A stretch of 63,932 nt of DNA, counting the filler, from Salisapilia sapeloensis CBS 127946 (Eukaryota > Protista > Oomycota), in assembly GCA_023334545.1 (NCBI GenBank). It is 14 parts of 14 records of this genome, joined end to end, with 100 filler letters (N's around TTAATTAATTAA, not from the genome) between each part and the next. Parts side by side here need not be neighbours in the genome. Positions count along the whole stretch, not along the records: positions 13,045 to 14,063 come from JAADVB010001352.1; positions 14,164 to 18,409 come from JAADVB010000685.1; positions 18,510 to 20,716 come from JAADVB010000938.1; positions 20,817 to 22,530 come from JAADVB010001063.1; positions 22,631 to 28,090 come from JAADVB010000616.1; 9 more parts are not named here. The stretch is one strand, 5' to 3'. The notes beneath the pieces are model-generated. The model was not told where the DNA came from, did no database searches, and saw nothing but the letters and a program-made list of their open reading frames with translations. Both the position numbers and the translations under genes were made by a program. Of the stretch, positions 13,045 through 25,667 are shown one piece after another (the stretch's first letter is position 1; the number at the start of each line of letters is the position of its first letter).

Positions 13045-14063
13045 AGGCAGCATCGTCACATCACCCGTGCGCACCTCGTCCATATCCTCCGGGTACTCAA
13101 ACGTCGAGCACGCTTCTTCCCCGAACACAAAGCATTCGAACATGTTCAGACCATGCAACGGGCGCACAGCAGGCACCATGTGGCCGGCACCCTTCACCGT
13201 CTTGAACGTGAGACCTTCGTACTCCTGGACGTACCCAGCGACCTGATGATCCGGACCGTACCACGGCTTCCACTCATCCACGACTTTTAGCTTGAGTCCT
13301 TCGTCTCCGATCCAGCGCTCAGTGCCTAAGAAATTGACAACAGAGTCCGCATCGCCACTGTAAATCAATGCCTTGTAGCCTGTAGATATTAAACAGGTCT
13401 GTCAATGGGTAGAAGGGCTTTTCATACAATATATAGACGCACCTTGGTTAAGGATTGTATGATACTTGGGCAATGCGCTGAAGGCCCGAGTGTAGCGCAT
13501 ACCTACGTCTTCGTTGCATGCTGTCCACTTCCGACTGTGGTGGACGTGTAGAGCTTCCTGCACTTCCTTCTGGTTCAAGTACACCTCCGTGAACTGGTCT
13601 GCACATGGGCCAATTTGAACACGCTCATCTGCAGATTGCGGGTAGCTCACTCGGTTGTGCAAAGACTTTGCTTGTTCATTCGTCAACAGGCAGACGTCGC
13701 CATAGAGATAGTACGGGTTCAAATGATCATGCGCTGCAGCTTCCATGACTGAAGTGATGGCCTCATCGCACTCTTTCGGGCATGAATCGGCATCTCCGTG
13801 CAAGCAGTAGCCTGCCGCCTCTCCACAAATCCTCTTCATTTTGTGATATCCTTCCATCGGCATCAAGGCGTGCGACACATAGTAGTCAAAGTACGCAAGA
13901 CCGTCGATCGGTTGGTCCGTGAACGGGTTTCCAATGGCGAATCCCTTGAAGTTGACGTTCGGGATGGGCGACTCGGCCAGCAGACTCACGAGGTACGGGC
14001 CGTAGATGCCGACGTACGACTCGCCCGTGACGTAAAAGTCTCGGTTCTGGAGCTCCGGGTACG
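13045..14063 (-). CDS. Serine carboxypeptidase (S10), internal fragment truncated at both ends
   Basis: Catalytic motifs GESYVG, YSGDAD and GAGHMVP, plus KGFAIGNP. Intron 13380-13442. Confidence 0.93.
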
Positions 14064-14956
14064 NNNNNNNNNNNNNNNNNNNNNNNNNNNNNNNNNNNNN
14101 NNNNNNNTTAATTAATTAANNNNNNNNNNNNNNNNNNNNNNNNNNNNNNNNNNNNNNNNNNNNAATACTACTTAGCAAGACAGATATTGCGATGATCGAA
14201 AGTTCATCGGTTACCATCGCGAGCGGATCGCTCGCACCATCAAGGAAATCTAGCCTCAAGCTAGCTTTCACTGACTATACCCACAAATCAATATCAGACT
14301 GTCTTATAGGCAATCAACTTTGAGTAGCGGTTCAGAAATATGTCCCAGGTTCCCATTTACTGTTTTGGAGTACCTGTCAGTAAGATTGCGCACGTCGCAT
14401 TCAGATGGATCGACTGAGGTAATTTATCTAGGCGGGGCATTGACACCATCGCTAGCAGCGTCATGAGTCTTCCGTCTAAACCAAAAAGAGGTGAGATAAA
14501 GCTTGTCGATGGACAGAGCCACGACTACGGCGATTACCACTGCACACAACAGCATCAATCAAGGCTTCGTCTCGCGCAATAGTGGCATGAGTACAAAGCA
14601 AATATGCCATGCCAAGCAAGCAGCCTCCTCCTTGTGACCACACATAGATTGAAGTTACATCAAGATAGAAACTCGAAAAGCAGAATGCAGCACTCGAGAC
14701 TCGGCCTAAAGAACTACTTTTGTTTTGTGTGCTCCGTCGCAGCACTCGTAAGATAATCCAGAAAGAAAGCTCCTTTCGCATACTCCGACCAAGCTCCGAC
14801 GGACCAGTATACAGACCCCCTTTGGACTTTGACAGACAAAGCTTGAAACGCCAAATGGAGCGAAAGCGAGCTCGAGCCCAAGGCCATCGGAGCTCTACGT
14901 GCCGTCGTTCGTCCGTCAGGTCGCTGGATGAAGACGCCGAGAAAGCCACGGAAGGA

Positions 14957-15929
14957 ATGGGACTCCGACCGCTCGACTTCGGCGTGGTCTTCGCGTCCTC
15001 CGCCGGTACGCGCGGCCAGGTTACCAATCTCCGGACGTACTCGAGGTCGAGCGCTTGGGAGAGCTTTTCCCGGCGCCAGAAGGAGACGGTGGTTCTGGAG
15101 CTGTAAGTGTTTGGAATATAGTGTGATATGGCTTGGGGTGTCCAAGTGGATGGACGACTCCTCTGACACTTTGCTCCGGATGCCGATAGATCCAGCAAGG
15201 CGCTCGTGTCGGAGCTCTGCGTGCTCAACAAGGTCTTTTTCCATTAAGAGCTTCTGTATAAACACCAGTTAAACTTGCTGAATACCAGAACGCATGCCGA
15301 ATGGACGTGAGCGTGGCGATGCGGAACAAGCGACGCTGCTACATGGACGGTGATGCCCGTGACACGGAATGAAAGGACGGGTAGATGACTGTATCTTGTC
15401 AATAGTGAAGGAGCTGCAGCACCTGCCCCATGAGCGAGAGGTGCGAGTGAACTTGGGCTCCATCCCGTGCAACTTTATCAAGTACCTTGTCACCTTTGCC
15501 TACTGCAGCAGTCGCACTCATGCTCACGCTAGACTCCAGTTCACGCTCGACCGACGGACGTCCATCTCGGTCTACGGGTATTTCATTTCAACATCCCTCT
15601 AGCCTTTTTCTACTGAATGAGCGAGAGACGACAGCATCAAGTGCGTGGGCGTATCCAGCATGGACCTCGAGAGCTCCTCGGACCCGTCTCTGACGGAACT
15701 CGTGAGCTACACGCCGGAGACCATCCTCTTCGGCCCGTCTCTCAAGGCCAGTCAGCCGACTGAAGACTTTTTGAGTGACCACCGGTCCGGGTACGCGTAT
15801 TCATTTGTATTGCCGGCCGTCTCGTTTGTGCTGACTGTGCTCCATAGGTCGCCAGAGTGGATGGCGAAGCGAGGGAGGAGCCTCCTCGACGAGCGCATCG
15901 CGAGGCTCGAGGCTGTTCTCTTTTCCTAG
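14957..15929 (+). CDS. Uncharacterised 7-exon gene (about 202 aa) with a predicted galactose-binding-like beta-sandwich and C-terminal helix
   Basis: Exons 14957-15102, 15190-15232, 15289-15349, 15406-15481, 15533-15577, 15635-15790 and 15848-15929. Six GT-AG introns of 51-87 nt are all phase-consistent and give one stop-free ORF. The start could lie further upstream. Confidence 0.72.
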
Positions 15930-16158
15930 GTTCGGCCTCTTGTCCGTACAGACATTGGGATACCGACGGATGTGATACCAGGTGTGGAAGACAAACATTG
16001 ACGGTCTTCGAGTGAGCTCATCCTGACATTGACGCTTGCACGCGTGCGCCTATCAATCGAGAGGAAAGCCATGACAGAAAGTAGTAGAGCAGCCAGCCAA
16101 AGCAAATAAAGCTTCTTCCACCTCTCCATTATAAACCTCCTTCCGTCCGTACGCAGCC

Positions 16159-18298
16159 TCACTCGTCCATGCCAATCTTCCCGATATCCTGCGTCGAGCT
16201 CCGATTGAGGTCCCGAGCCAAGTGACAGGCCTCGAGCTGCTCCCTCGCCGTCGGAAGGTAGTCGTCGTCGATGTTAGTCTTCCGGTCAGTATGCCTAGAT
16301 CTTTCGTGACTACAGGACAGGGTAAGTGCCTGCGGATCACACGTAGATGGTGGATGATGACACAGCCGAACGTACCCCTCACGCGTCTTCTTACCCACAG
16401 CTTCCACATTCAAACGGACGGAAGAACAAACGAGAGCAGACTTCCTCGGACTCGGACGAGCCGCCAAGCCAGCCGGCATGAAACCACTGCACTTGCCATT
16501 GTCCTTCACCAGGTGACCGCGATGGCCGCATCGAGAGCACGGGAGCTTCGAGACACGCATCAGCGACCACGTTCTACCTCGACAAAAGTTAGCCGAATAT
16601 CCTACACGCAGTACACAAAGGACGCACATGTTGATCCGAGCGTCTGGGTACGTCAGCGCGCACTTGATCCGCTGCTGCCGCCACTCCTCCCGTTCCACGC
16701 ACAAACCTCGCAGCTTCTTCATACTCGCCTTTGCTTCCCGATGCGACTGGGCATTCGCGCTCGCGATCTGGTTCTCGAACGCCTTCCTGTCCATCGCGAG
16801 AGTGTGCACGTCCGTCTTGGCTCGAAGGTCGAACGGAACGCTGCGCTTGTTCTTCACGAACGGAAGCTCGCCGACGACGTCCAGCGGACCCAAGAGCGCG
16901 AGCTCGACCGTGATCCTGCCTCCGGGAAGGAAGATGGGGCTACTGCGTCGGATGGGCGGCATCTTCTCGCTCGATTCAACCGTCACGCTCGTCTGCTCCA
17001 CGACGTGGCCTTCCGTGATGACAAAGATCCACCTGGCCTCCGCTCCGGCGCGATAGAGGTAGTCCTACGAGTGGAATGGGTGAGTCTTCTATCCGAACGG
17101 AAAAAGAAGAGCAAACGTACGTCTGCATTGAACCGGATCGACCGCATGGCACTGATGAGACGCATCTTGCCTACACAGGTGTGAGGATCATCCATCCTAT
17201 CGACAGAATACGAATGCAGACCAAGTTACCGTGCTTGGTCCAGTCACTGAAGAGATGCATCTGGTCCAGGATACCCGCGTGGTTGTAGTGCGACGCCTCC
17301 ATCGATGACGTCCGCACGAGCCGAATGTACTCGGCCCGGTCGAGACACACCAGGTCCGTGCTGGCCGTGAACTTGGACGCGATGATGGTCGCGTTCCGCT
17401 TCGCAGTCGGGTTGTTGAAGACCACTTCGCCGAACATGGCGCCGGGGCCGAGGTTGGCCACCATCACGCCATAGTCCGGCGCGAGGAGGTCAGTCCTGGT
17501 TGCGGCCGGGAGGAGGCGGCCAGGAGGAGGCGTGGGCGTCACGGTCGCAGCGACGTTGGCGGCCGCCAGAAGAGCCTTCTCCTTCTGCACGTGGACGTCC
17601 ACGATGCCGTCCACCACGACGTAGCACCGGTCTCCGCTGTTGCCTTGTAGGATCACCACCGACTGACTCTTGTACGACAGTAGTCGCATCTGTCGGCAGA
17701 TCTCTCGCCGGATGTACTCGGGGGCCGACGCGATGATGTTATTGCTATGCTAGTCCGACTGTCAGTTCTTTACTCGTAGACATGGATGCGCGAGTGTGAA
17801 AGCTTGGGGTACCTGGGAGCAGTGGTCGATGACCCATTGATAGACGAGGTCCACGTTCTCCTCCGTCCGATCGACGGGTGGAGACAAGAGCACGGCCTTG
17901 ACTTGATCGACATGCGCTTGCTGTTCGGGCGTCTTGTTGATGAACTGGATGAGGTGTGGTGGAAGTTCGGGAATGAGAGGAGCTCCGGCGATGTTGCGTG
18001 CAGAGGATAGCGTCCGGAGCGACTTCTGAAGTAATAGCGATCCTTTGGACGTGCCCCGACGACTGAGTTTGCGTGCGCTGGAGAGATCGTTGTTGGACGG
18101 CTGGAGGTCTTGCTGGAGCTTGGCCTTGGTACTGATACGACGGAAGGCTGTTTCGACGAGAGACGACTTTCGACGAGCAACCTCATCCTTGGAGCTGATA
18201 CGACGAGAGTCTGTCTGCTGGGCGAGCGACGACTTCCGGTTTGTATTTCCGTCGCTCGTGCCGGGTGCGTGAATGGCAGGCAGAACCGGCGTGAACAT
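16159..18298 (-). CDS. Multi-exon protein with two cyclic-nucleotide-binding domains and a zinc-knuckle-like motif
   Basis: cNMP domain 1 reads VILQGNSGDRCYVVVDG...FGE...RNATIIA; domain 2 reads YLYRAGAEARWIFVITEG...VVGELPF. CSRCGHRGH(X7)C follows. Several 50-70 nt introns; the 3' end is uncertain (16159 or 16053). Confidence 0.8.
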
Positions 18299-18509
18299 CG
18301 TATCACGTGTCTGGAAGCTGTGTTGTGTACCTCTTGGATCTATTTTCGTCCAGGTTTCCACTCATCTATCCATCTTAAGTTTCCAAAAGATACGTGAGGA
18401 TGCTTGTAGNNNNNNNNNNNNNNNNNNNNNNNNNNNNNNNNNNNNNNNNNNNNTTAATTAATTAANNNNNNNNNNNNNNNNNNNNNNNNNNNNNNNNNNN
18501 NNNNNNNNN

Positions 18510-18610
18510 ACGGAGTCATCCTGTTCAGGGCTAAATCCGGAGCTGGTTGAATTTTGTGCTGCCACTACGGTAAATAGTAGCGAGCAAAGAAGGATGGTTA
18601 AACCTCTCAT
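18510..18610 (-). CDS. Possible secreted protein, 5' fragment only
   Basis: MRGLTILLCSLLFTVVAAQNSTSS looks like a signal peptide with an A-A|Q cleavage site. Truncated by a linker. Confidence 0.35.
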
Positions 18611-18789
18611 GAGTTGTACGGGGCAAAAGTTGGAATGAGGTAAATAGTAGTTGTATCCAATCGGTATTAATATCTTGTCCATCCATCAGAGTGTACTTTC
18701 TATACTGCATTTCCTGACATCCTGCCCGACTCATATGGATTATTTCGTGAGAAAATTATGTGCAAGGGCTTTGTGTCTTACGTTGACAG

Positions 18790-19190
18790 GATCTCGTTCT
18801 GTCCTACACAACTAAGGTATCACCCGATAGTTTTCATTCTTCTGCATTAATTATCGTACCCTAGGACCAGTTGCGTCTACTTACTTTATGGTCCACCTGG
18901 AAACATCGTAACTCAGTCACCCTCGAAAGTTGTACTCCACGTCTTCCACCTTTCGCCCTTTGGCAAGTATATGCCTTTTCGCTGTCTCTTGTGATTCATG
19001 GATCCACCAGATCCAGCAGAGTTACTCTTTCTACTCGACGTTCCGGCTTTAGATAGCGCATTTGATCGTTTGAAACGATACCATCCCCATCTTTTCCGAC
19101 AACGCCACCTTCGATTCAACCTAGGCGACAACGGAGCTTGCCCGGACATTTCCGCTACAGCACTTGTTTACACTATGGAGTGATCCTCTT
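18790..19190 (+). mobile_element. Possible decayed 3' end of a non-LTR retrotransposon ORF2
   Basis: LRLLTLWSTWKHRNSV fits the W.xW..RN motif found downstream of RT in L1-like elements. Interrupted by stops. Confidence 0.35.
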
Positions 19191-20816
19191 ATAGCTTTCA
19201 AGAGTCATGTATTTAGCTAGTAGATTTGGTAGTCTAACTACAAACGTTGATCAGCTTTCAAAGGCTAGGGCTTTTTGTCTATAAAATATCCACTTTAGAT
19301 CGGTAGTCACCATACTAACAATCCTGCATGATATCTCTTTGAGCTCTACTTCATTTAAATCGAAAATTGTTTGCCTATAGAAATCTTGCTTTCATCACTC
19401 AAATGGAACTTGTGTAATTTTCGAGTTTCATGTCTAACTTCGTGCGCTGGAAATCTCCGATGGCAACAAAATTCACTTTGTCTGTTCTCTTTGCAGAAAG
19501 CACAAAACCCTTCCTTGAGAGCAGGATCGTCAATTCGGTACTGGATACCAACTATCATCTGGCAGTTGACGTAGTGGTAGAGGTGCATGAATGCTACTGT
19601 GACTGGCTTTGCGAACTTGATTCCCATCCATATGGCAACTATAGAATATAATGCGCAGTAGGCCGTGGGACACAAAGCAAAGGATCTTGATATTGCTGAA
19701 CTAATTGCTCTCACCGGCCAATGCGGCGATGGATGACAACAGCGCGGGAAGCAAAAGAGCATTATATGCTTTGATTGTAGTCTTCGAAATGAGAATCTAA
19801 AAGTAACTCTGAAGAGTACTTCAGGTCACCTGACCTAGATATCCAGAAAATTGGAATACTTTCTTGTGTGTGAGAATGCAATTTACCTCCGTCAGCGGTG
19901 CTATATGAAGGTTTTAAACTCTTTAAGCCTTTTACCTGGAGCATATAGAACGATTCAAGTTGATCGCACGACTGTGCTTCTAGCACACTTATATCCATCT
20001 ACTTTATCCAACGTGCAGCACTTCTGACACTTACCTCGTCAACTCAACGCGAGCTAAAGACTGGTATGAAAGAGCATTGAGAGCACTCCATAAGTTTATT
20101 CTATACGATGCACATACCAAGGTGCCAGATATTTGTGACCGTTGCTTACTTTCAAGGCATAACGCAATATAACACAAATTTTCTTCTTCTTCCCCTCCTA
20201 CTTGTAAATGTAACATGCTAAATTGATAACTTGTGAACTTTTGTCTGAGGAACAAAAAGTGTAGGAAAGGATTACCCATGTCATTTAAAGCAAAGGTTGT
20301 ATCCATCCTCTGGTACGAAGTATATCAAATGAGTCGGGCTGTCGATTGCTTACCTTGGTAGATATACACTAGTTGACAATTCGTACAACTTAATGTACGT
20401 TCCATTGCTGTGGTCATCGTTCAATAGAGCTGATGGACAGTCACTCTACCTGCAGTTACCACCTTCAAACACTTTCGGGAAGCCAACATGCTCTCTATGT
20501 CAATCAGCATCCTGTCGAAGTTCTTTCATTCGTGCATCAAATCAACGTCGATCGGTTCATTCTATCAACTAGAGCCTACGCTCACTCCTCTTATCACAGC
20601 TTATCTTACAAGTGATTAAAAGCAGAGCTATCCCCGACGAGCACTACCTAACGTCGGAAGAACACATACGACCTTGTAAGATACCGTCGCCAAGTCCCGC
20701 AGCATGCTTGAAGCAANNNNNNNNNNNNNNNNNNNNNNNNNNNNNNNNNNNNNNNNNNNNTTAATTAATTAANNNNNNNNNNNNNNNNNNNNNNNNNNNN
20801 NNNNNNNNNNNNNNNN

Positions 20817-22404
20817 CGGATAGTCTGGAATGTCGACGGTCGGAACGTCTGCCGTCCATTCCCGGATGGCTTCCTCTTGTCCTTGCCGTCGGAGGCGAAG
20901 ACCTGCCAGAAACGGAGCGTCTCGTCTCCTGCGCCCGAAACCACTGTCGAGCCGTCCGGAGAGGCAGACAGGTGCAGCACCCGAGCTGTGTGGCCCGTCA
21001 GCTCCTTGAGCTTGGTCATGTTCGGGTACTTCCACAGACAGATCTGGTTCTGAGAGTACCCGTGGGACGACAAGAGCTCCTTCTCGTGGAGAGACCAGAC
21101 GAGCGAACACACTTGTGAACCAGTCGCCTTTGAGTTCAACAGACTCCCGGTCGACGCCTTCCAGAACTTGATCGTCTGGTCCGACGTACCGCCGCCCGTC
21201 GCCAGCGTGTGACGCTCCCACGGACACCACGCGATCGCCTTCACTGCCGCCGTGTGGTGCTCCAGACGGTGCCGAGGAGACGTCGACGCGCCGGAAGACA
21301 CGCCCGCGTCCCACAGACACAACGCATTGTCGTTCCCGCCAGACGCCAGCGTCGACCCGTCCGGAGACCACTTGAGCCCACACACCTCCTGCGTATGGCC
21401 CTGCAGAGTCGACACCACGTGCGCTCTCGAACGAACGTCGTGGTTCACGATCCGACTGTCCCTCGACCCAGAAGACAGCACGTGGCCGTTCCACGACAGA
21501 CTCCCGACGCGAGACGAGTGGCCGTCCATCGTACGCACCTTGCGCCCGGCAGACGCGTCCCACAGCTGCACCAGAGCGTCGCTCGTGCCCACCGCCAAGT
21601 GGTTCGAAGAGCTCCACTCCACCGAGCTGATGTATTCGTTGTCCTCCACCGACATGAGCTCCTCGATGCCGCCCGTCTCGGCGTTCCAAAGGTACACGCA
21701 CTGCCCCAGCGCCACCGCCAGCGTGTTCGAAGAGCCCCACGATAACAAGTTCAGGTAGTAGTCGTCCATCAGGTCCGGCGCGTCCAGCACCTTGGACGGC
21801 TGCGACGGAATGTGCCGACGCAGCTTCTTGCTAGAGAGCTTCTCGCTCGACACCGTCTTGTTCGCAGAGTACTTGGACGCCAAGAGCGACCGGAACGACT
21901 CGGCCGGACCGTCGCCCAGACGACGGCTGAACTGCAGCACGTTCGGCTTCCCGCGCGTCGTCTCCTTTCCGCCCAAGAGCTCTTGCTTGAGGATTCGCCG
22001 CTCGGACTTGGCCGAGGAATCGGCGTCGTCGTCATCATCTTCGTCTTCCTCCTTGTCTTCCTCGTTGTCCGAAGAGCCCTCCGCCAGCTCCAGATTCGAC
22101 GACGCTCGACTCGCGATGAATCTGTCGGCGTACTATTGCACCACCGTCAATACGATTGATACATATATATGTATGTCAGACATTCAAGACGCACCACTAC
22201 TCGACTTGACTTCTTATACCCAACACTCGAGCTGTGGCGAGGCACAGACCCACGGCGCAACCCGTGGACGTACGACCCGGGAGAAGACGGCGATGCGTCC
22301 GACAGACCTGCCGACGACGCACTCCGCTTCTTGGATATGTTGTCGGACTGGACGGTCGAGTTATTTGCTCGAGACGGAGGCGACACTGCAGTTGAAGGCC
22401 CCAT
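20817..22404 (-). CDS. CDC20: APC/C activator CDC20/Fizzy, 2 exons; contig ends inside the last codon of the IR tail
   Basis: C-box DRFIASR after intron 22133-22200; VLDAPDLMDDYYLNLLSW; seven WD40 repeats (GHTQEVCGLKWS, AVKAIAWCPW, GAGDETLRFW); ends ...QTI-cg (IR motif). Confidence 0.95.
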
Positions 22405-23120
22405 ATCTCGATGAATCACAAAAGATACCAAGACGCTGACAGCAAGACGAGGACGAGCTCTAGCCCAAACTCCTTTCTGTCGAAGCAATCGATGGCGCGT
22501 TTGAACTTTCAAAAGGGATGAGCGACCTTCNNNNNNNNNNNNNNNNNNNNNNNNNNNNNNNNNNNNNNNNNNNNTTAATTAATTAANNNNNNNNNNNNNN
22601 NNNNNNNNNNNNNNNNNNNNNNNNNNNNNNACACACTTTGTCGTGTCACCAAAGTCAACACGGTACAATTCACCCTGCTGCTTTGATAAGCCGGATCCAC
22701 CTTTTGGTAATGCGGCTGTGATCGTTGACCCATGATGGACCTCAACCCGTCGTACCAAATCGGTCGAAAATACCATCACGATGACTATTTCTTGGATGGC
22801 ATACGCAGTTAGCTCGGTATCATCTACAGCAGAGATTTAATCCAGACGTAACTGTTTCAAAGAATCAAATGAAGTAGCATAAAGTCATTACTTTATCAAC
22901 TGGTTTGTTAGAGGAATACCATGATGTGAACATATGCGATTGGAAAAAACTTTTGTTTGACTCGATAAGGGCTCTCGACAAAAAGAGCGTTTAACGATTA
23001 ACGATGCTTTGCTAGAATATCGAGGAGCACCTTGATTAAAACGACTCTTCTGTAGATGAGCTGCCACATTTTTTCCATGTAATTGAGACTGCCAGATTAC
23101 CACTTGGATCTTTTTGAAAG

Positions 23121-25628
23121 ATGGTATCCAAGCGACGTAAGACATCCTTGGTGGCCGCTGCTGCCGGCGAAAATCATCAAACCAAGGCAAACACAGACGA
23201 ATGGAAAAGGCCTCACGTGTACTGTATGGTTGAAGTAGCTGGTGGTGGTGTGCTAGGAGCTATAGTCCTCAGCATTTACGTACGAACTCTGTATCCGTCT
23301 ATCGCAGGAGGAGACAGTGGGGAGCTTGTAGCTGAATCATGTCAACTAGGCATTGCACATCCACCAGGCTATCCTCTTTATACGATGTTAGTCCATTTGT
23401 TTACAACATACCTACCTGATAAGCAGTCCCGAGCTTGGAAAGCAAATTTCTTCTCTGCAGGTACTACTTTACTTCATTCTCTAGATCGTTTTCATTTCAC
23501 TGAATACTCCTTTACAGTTTGTGACGCTTTAGCAACTCAAATGCTATATTTCTCCATTTTGCACTGGACAAAGTCGACAAACGCCAAATATCGCCTTGCG
23601 CCAGCGTTCACATCAGCCGTAAGAAGACTGTGTATACTTTAAGCATGAGTACCTTAACATCGCTGGTTTCTAGGGCTTATTTGCGCTCTCTCCGCTTATC
23701 TGGACGTATGCCATTGGTGCTGAGGTGTTCGCGCTGAACAACTTGTTCACCGCGTTGCTGATTTATCTCTGTCTTCAATACGCTTCAACTCGCTCGGCTT
23801 CCAAAGCTGTCCAAGGAGCATTTGTATGTGGCTTAGCGCTATGTAACCAGCACACGATCATCCTCTTCGAAATACCACTCATCGTGTGGGTTATTTCGTC
23901 CGTCACTCGAAGTGATGATCGACCTCTTCGATCTATTGGATGCTGTGCTCTAGCTTTCTTCGTTGGGCTACTACCAACGCTCTATCTACCTATATCTGCT
24001 CATTTCGACCCCGTCGCTGGATCATGGGGAGATCTAACCTCTGTGAAAGGTGTCTTGCATCACCTTCGTCGAGCAGACTACGGCACCTTTCGCCTCTTTG
24101 CAACAGACAACCCTACAGAAAGTCTAGCTACTCGCTTAAGACTGTACGTGCTCGACTTGGCAACAAATCAATCACCTTATTATTCAGCTATCGTACTCGG
24201 ATGCATTGGGATGGTATCCACCCTTGTACAGCGTAAAGCAAACCCGTCAAGACGGGCGAAGAAGACAAATATGACCACCACAGGAGCAATTTTTTTCGTT
24301 ACCTACATCTTCTACATGGTCGTCTTTCACGCATTGTCCAATCTTCCATTGGATGAAGGCTTGACGTATGGTGTCCATTTACGATTCTGGCAGCAACCCA
24401 ACGTCTTTGTTTTTTATTGGGTTGGTATTGGACTCACACATGCGTTAAACGTGAAGGCTCTCGACAGAGTTGACAGTCTACAGATCGGTCGAACACTCCT
24501 TTGTCTTGCTATTCTATCCAACCAGTTGTCATCCTGGTATGATGATACCGACCGGAGTGAAGCATGGTATATATACAACTACGGCCGGGCCTTACTAGAG
24601 CCGTTACCAAAGGGAGCTGTGCTGTTCGCTGGATACGACCTTCAATGGACATCTCTGCGGTATCTGCAGCAATGTGAACAAGTTCGACCTGACGTGACGC
24701 TGTTGAGCATGACGATGATGACGTACAAATGGTTCAACACAAAACACGACGATTATCCCAATATTACATTCCCTAGCGGCGCTCTGTCACAGCACGGTAG
24801 ACAGGTGGACCGATTCACTTTATCCGACTTTGTTTATGCGAACTTGCCACGACGTAGCCATGAAAAGAAGGATAGAAAGCGGGTCTTTTTCGGCTCAAAA
24901 CCTCCATTCCATGATCCTGAGTTTAACAGCAAGTTCACTCTTATTCCCTACGGTCTCGTGGATGAAGTGCGAGACAATCGTTGGGATCCGCTTCCACTGG
25001 CAAAGTGGTACTCATCTCAACAACGTGTTCAAAAGCTTATACACCAATGGCTGAATGAGCTTCCACCAACTTACAAGTATAATGATGAAACATGGGAATG
25101 GACCATTGTAAGCTTATTTTGATATATATGATGATAATGTCTATAAACATTTTACTAGGCACGAGATTACGGCATGAAAGCAACTTCATGGTCAACACAT
25201 TTGCTTGACAGAACGATGGACGAAAGCCCGACGAATTTAGCACTGATCGTCCAATCAACCTATGCTCTTGAAGCCACCTACCAGTATGAACCTCGTACGT
25301 TCTGGAGCCCTGTGAGTCTTCTAAAGAACCTAGGGTTTGCCTACGCCCAGATCGTCAAGTCAGACCAAGACTTTTCCGACATTCAAACGCAGGTGCCACC
25401 TATCCTTGCCCATGTCAACAATACGCCGGTCGTTTCCACTACCAAGTACGTACATGTACCATCCTCCCTCCATACGATCTACCACTTATTCCTTGCAGGT
25501 ACAAGGACTTTGCGACGCAACGTATGCTTCAGCTATGGCGTGAGTGGGTTGAGACACCTGGTGCGAAGGATGATCCTGGCTACAAGGCTATCTACAACAT
25601 TGTATCTCGATTTCAATCAACAGACTAA
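23121..25628 (+). CDS. TMEM260: TMEM260 / DUF2723 multi-pass protein O-mannosyltransferase-like protein, 5 exons
   Basis: Motifs YPSIAGGDSGELVAESCQLGIAHPPGYPLYT, AEVFALNNL, LALCNQHT and HHLRRADYGTFRL. Introns near 23461, 23619, 25108 and 25446 splice in frame to TAA at 25626-25628. Confidence 0.92.
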
Positions 25629-25667
25629 GCAAGAAAGCCAATACAAGTTTCTTTTTATCTTCTTGTG

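Noticed and set aside
19200-20716. Stop-riddled coding-like stretches (also 28200-29550, 31700-32597, 33300-34400, 54450-55650, 60300-61587)
   Set aside because: Probably old transposon or gene debris, but no diagnostic motif could be identified by eye.
21461-21463. Complete nuclear reassignment of AGG to serine
   Set aside because: AGG encodes the conserved Arg of CDC20 SSGSR, the CTL RxRI motif and an IQ motif. I found no AGG at a conserved Ser position in this window.
22631-22890. Possible 5' exons of a minus-strand gene divergent from TMEM260
   Set aside because: An open frame runs into the linker, but no family is recognisable and no start can be assigned.
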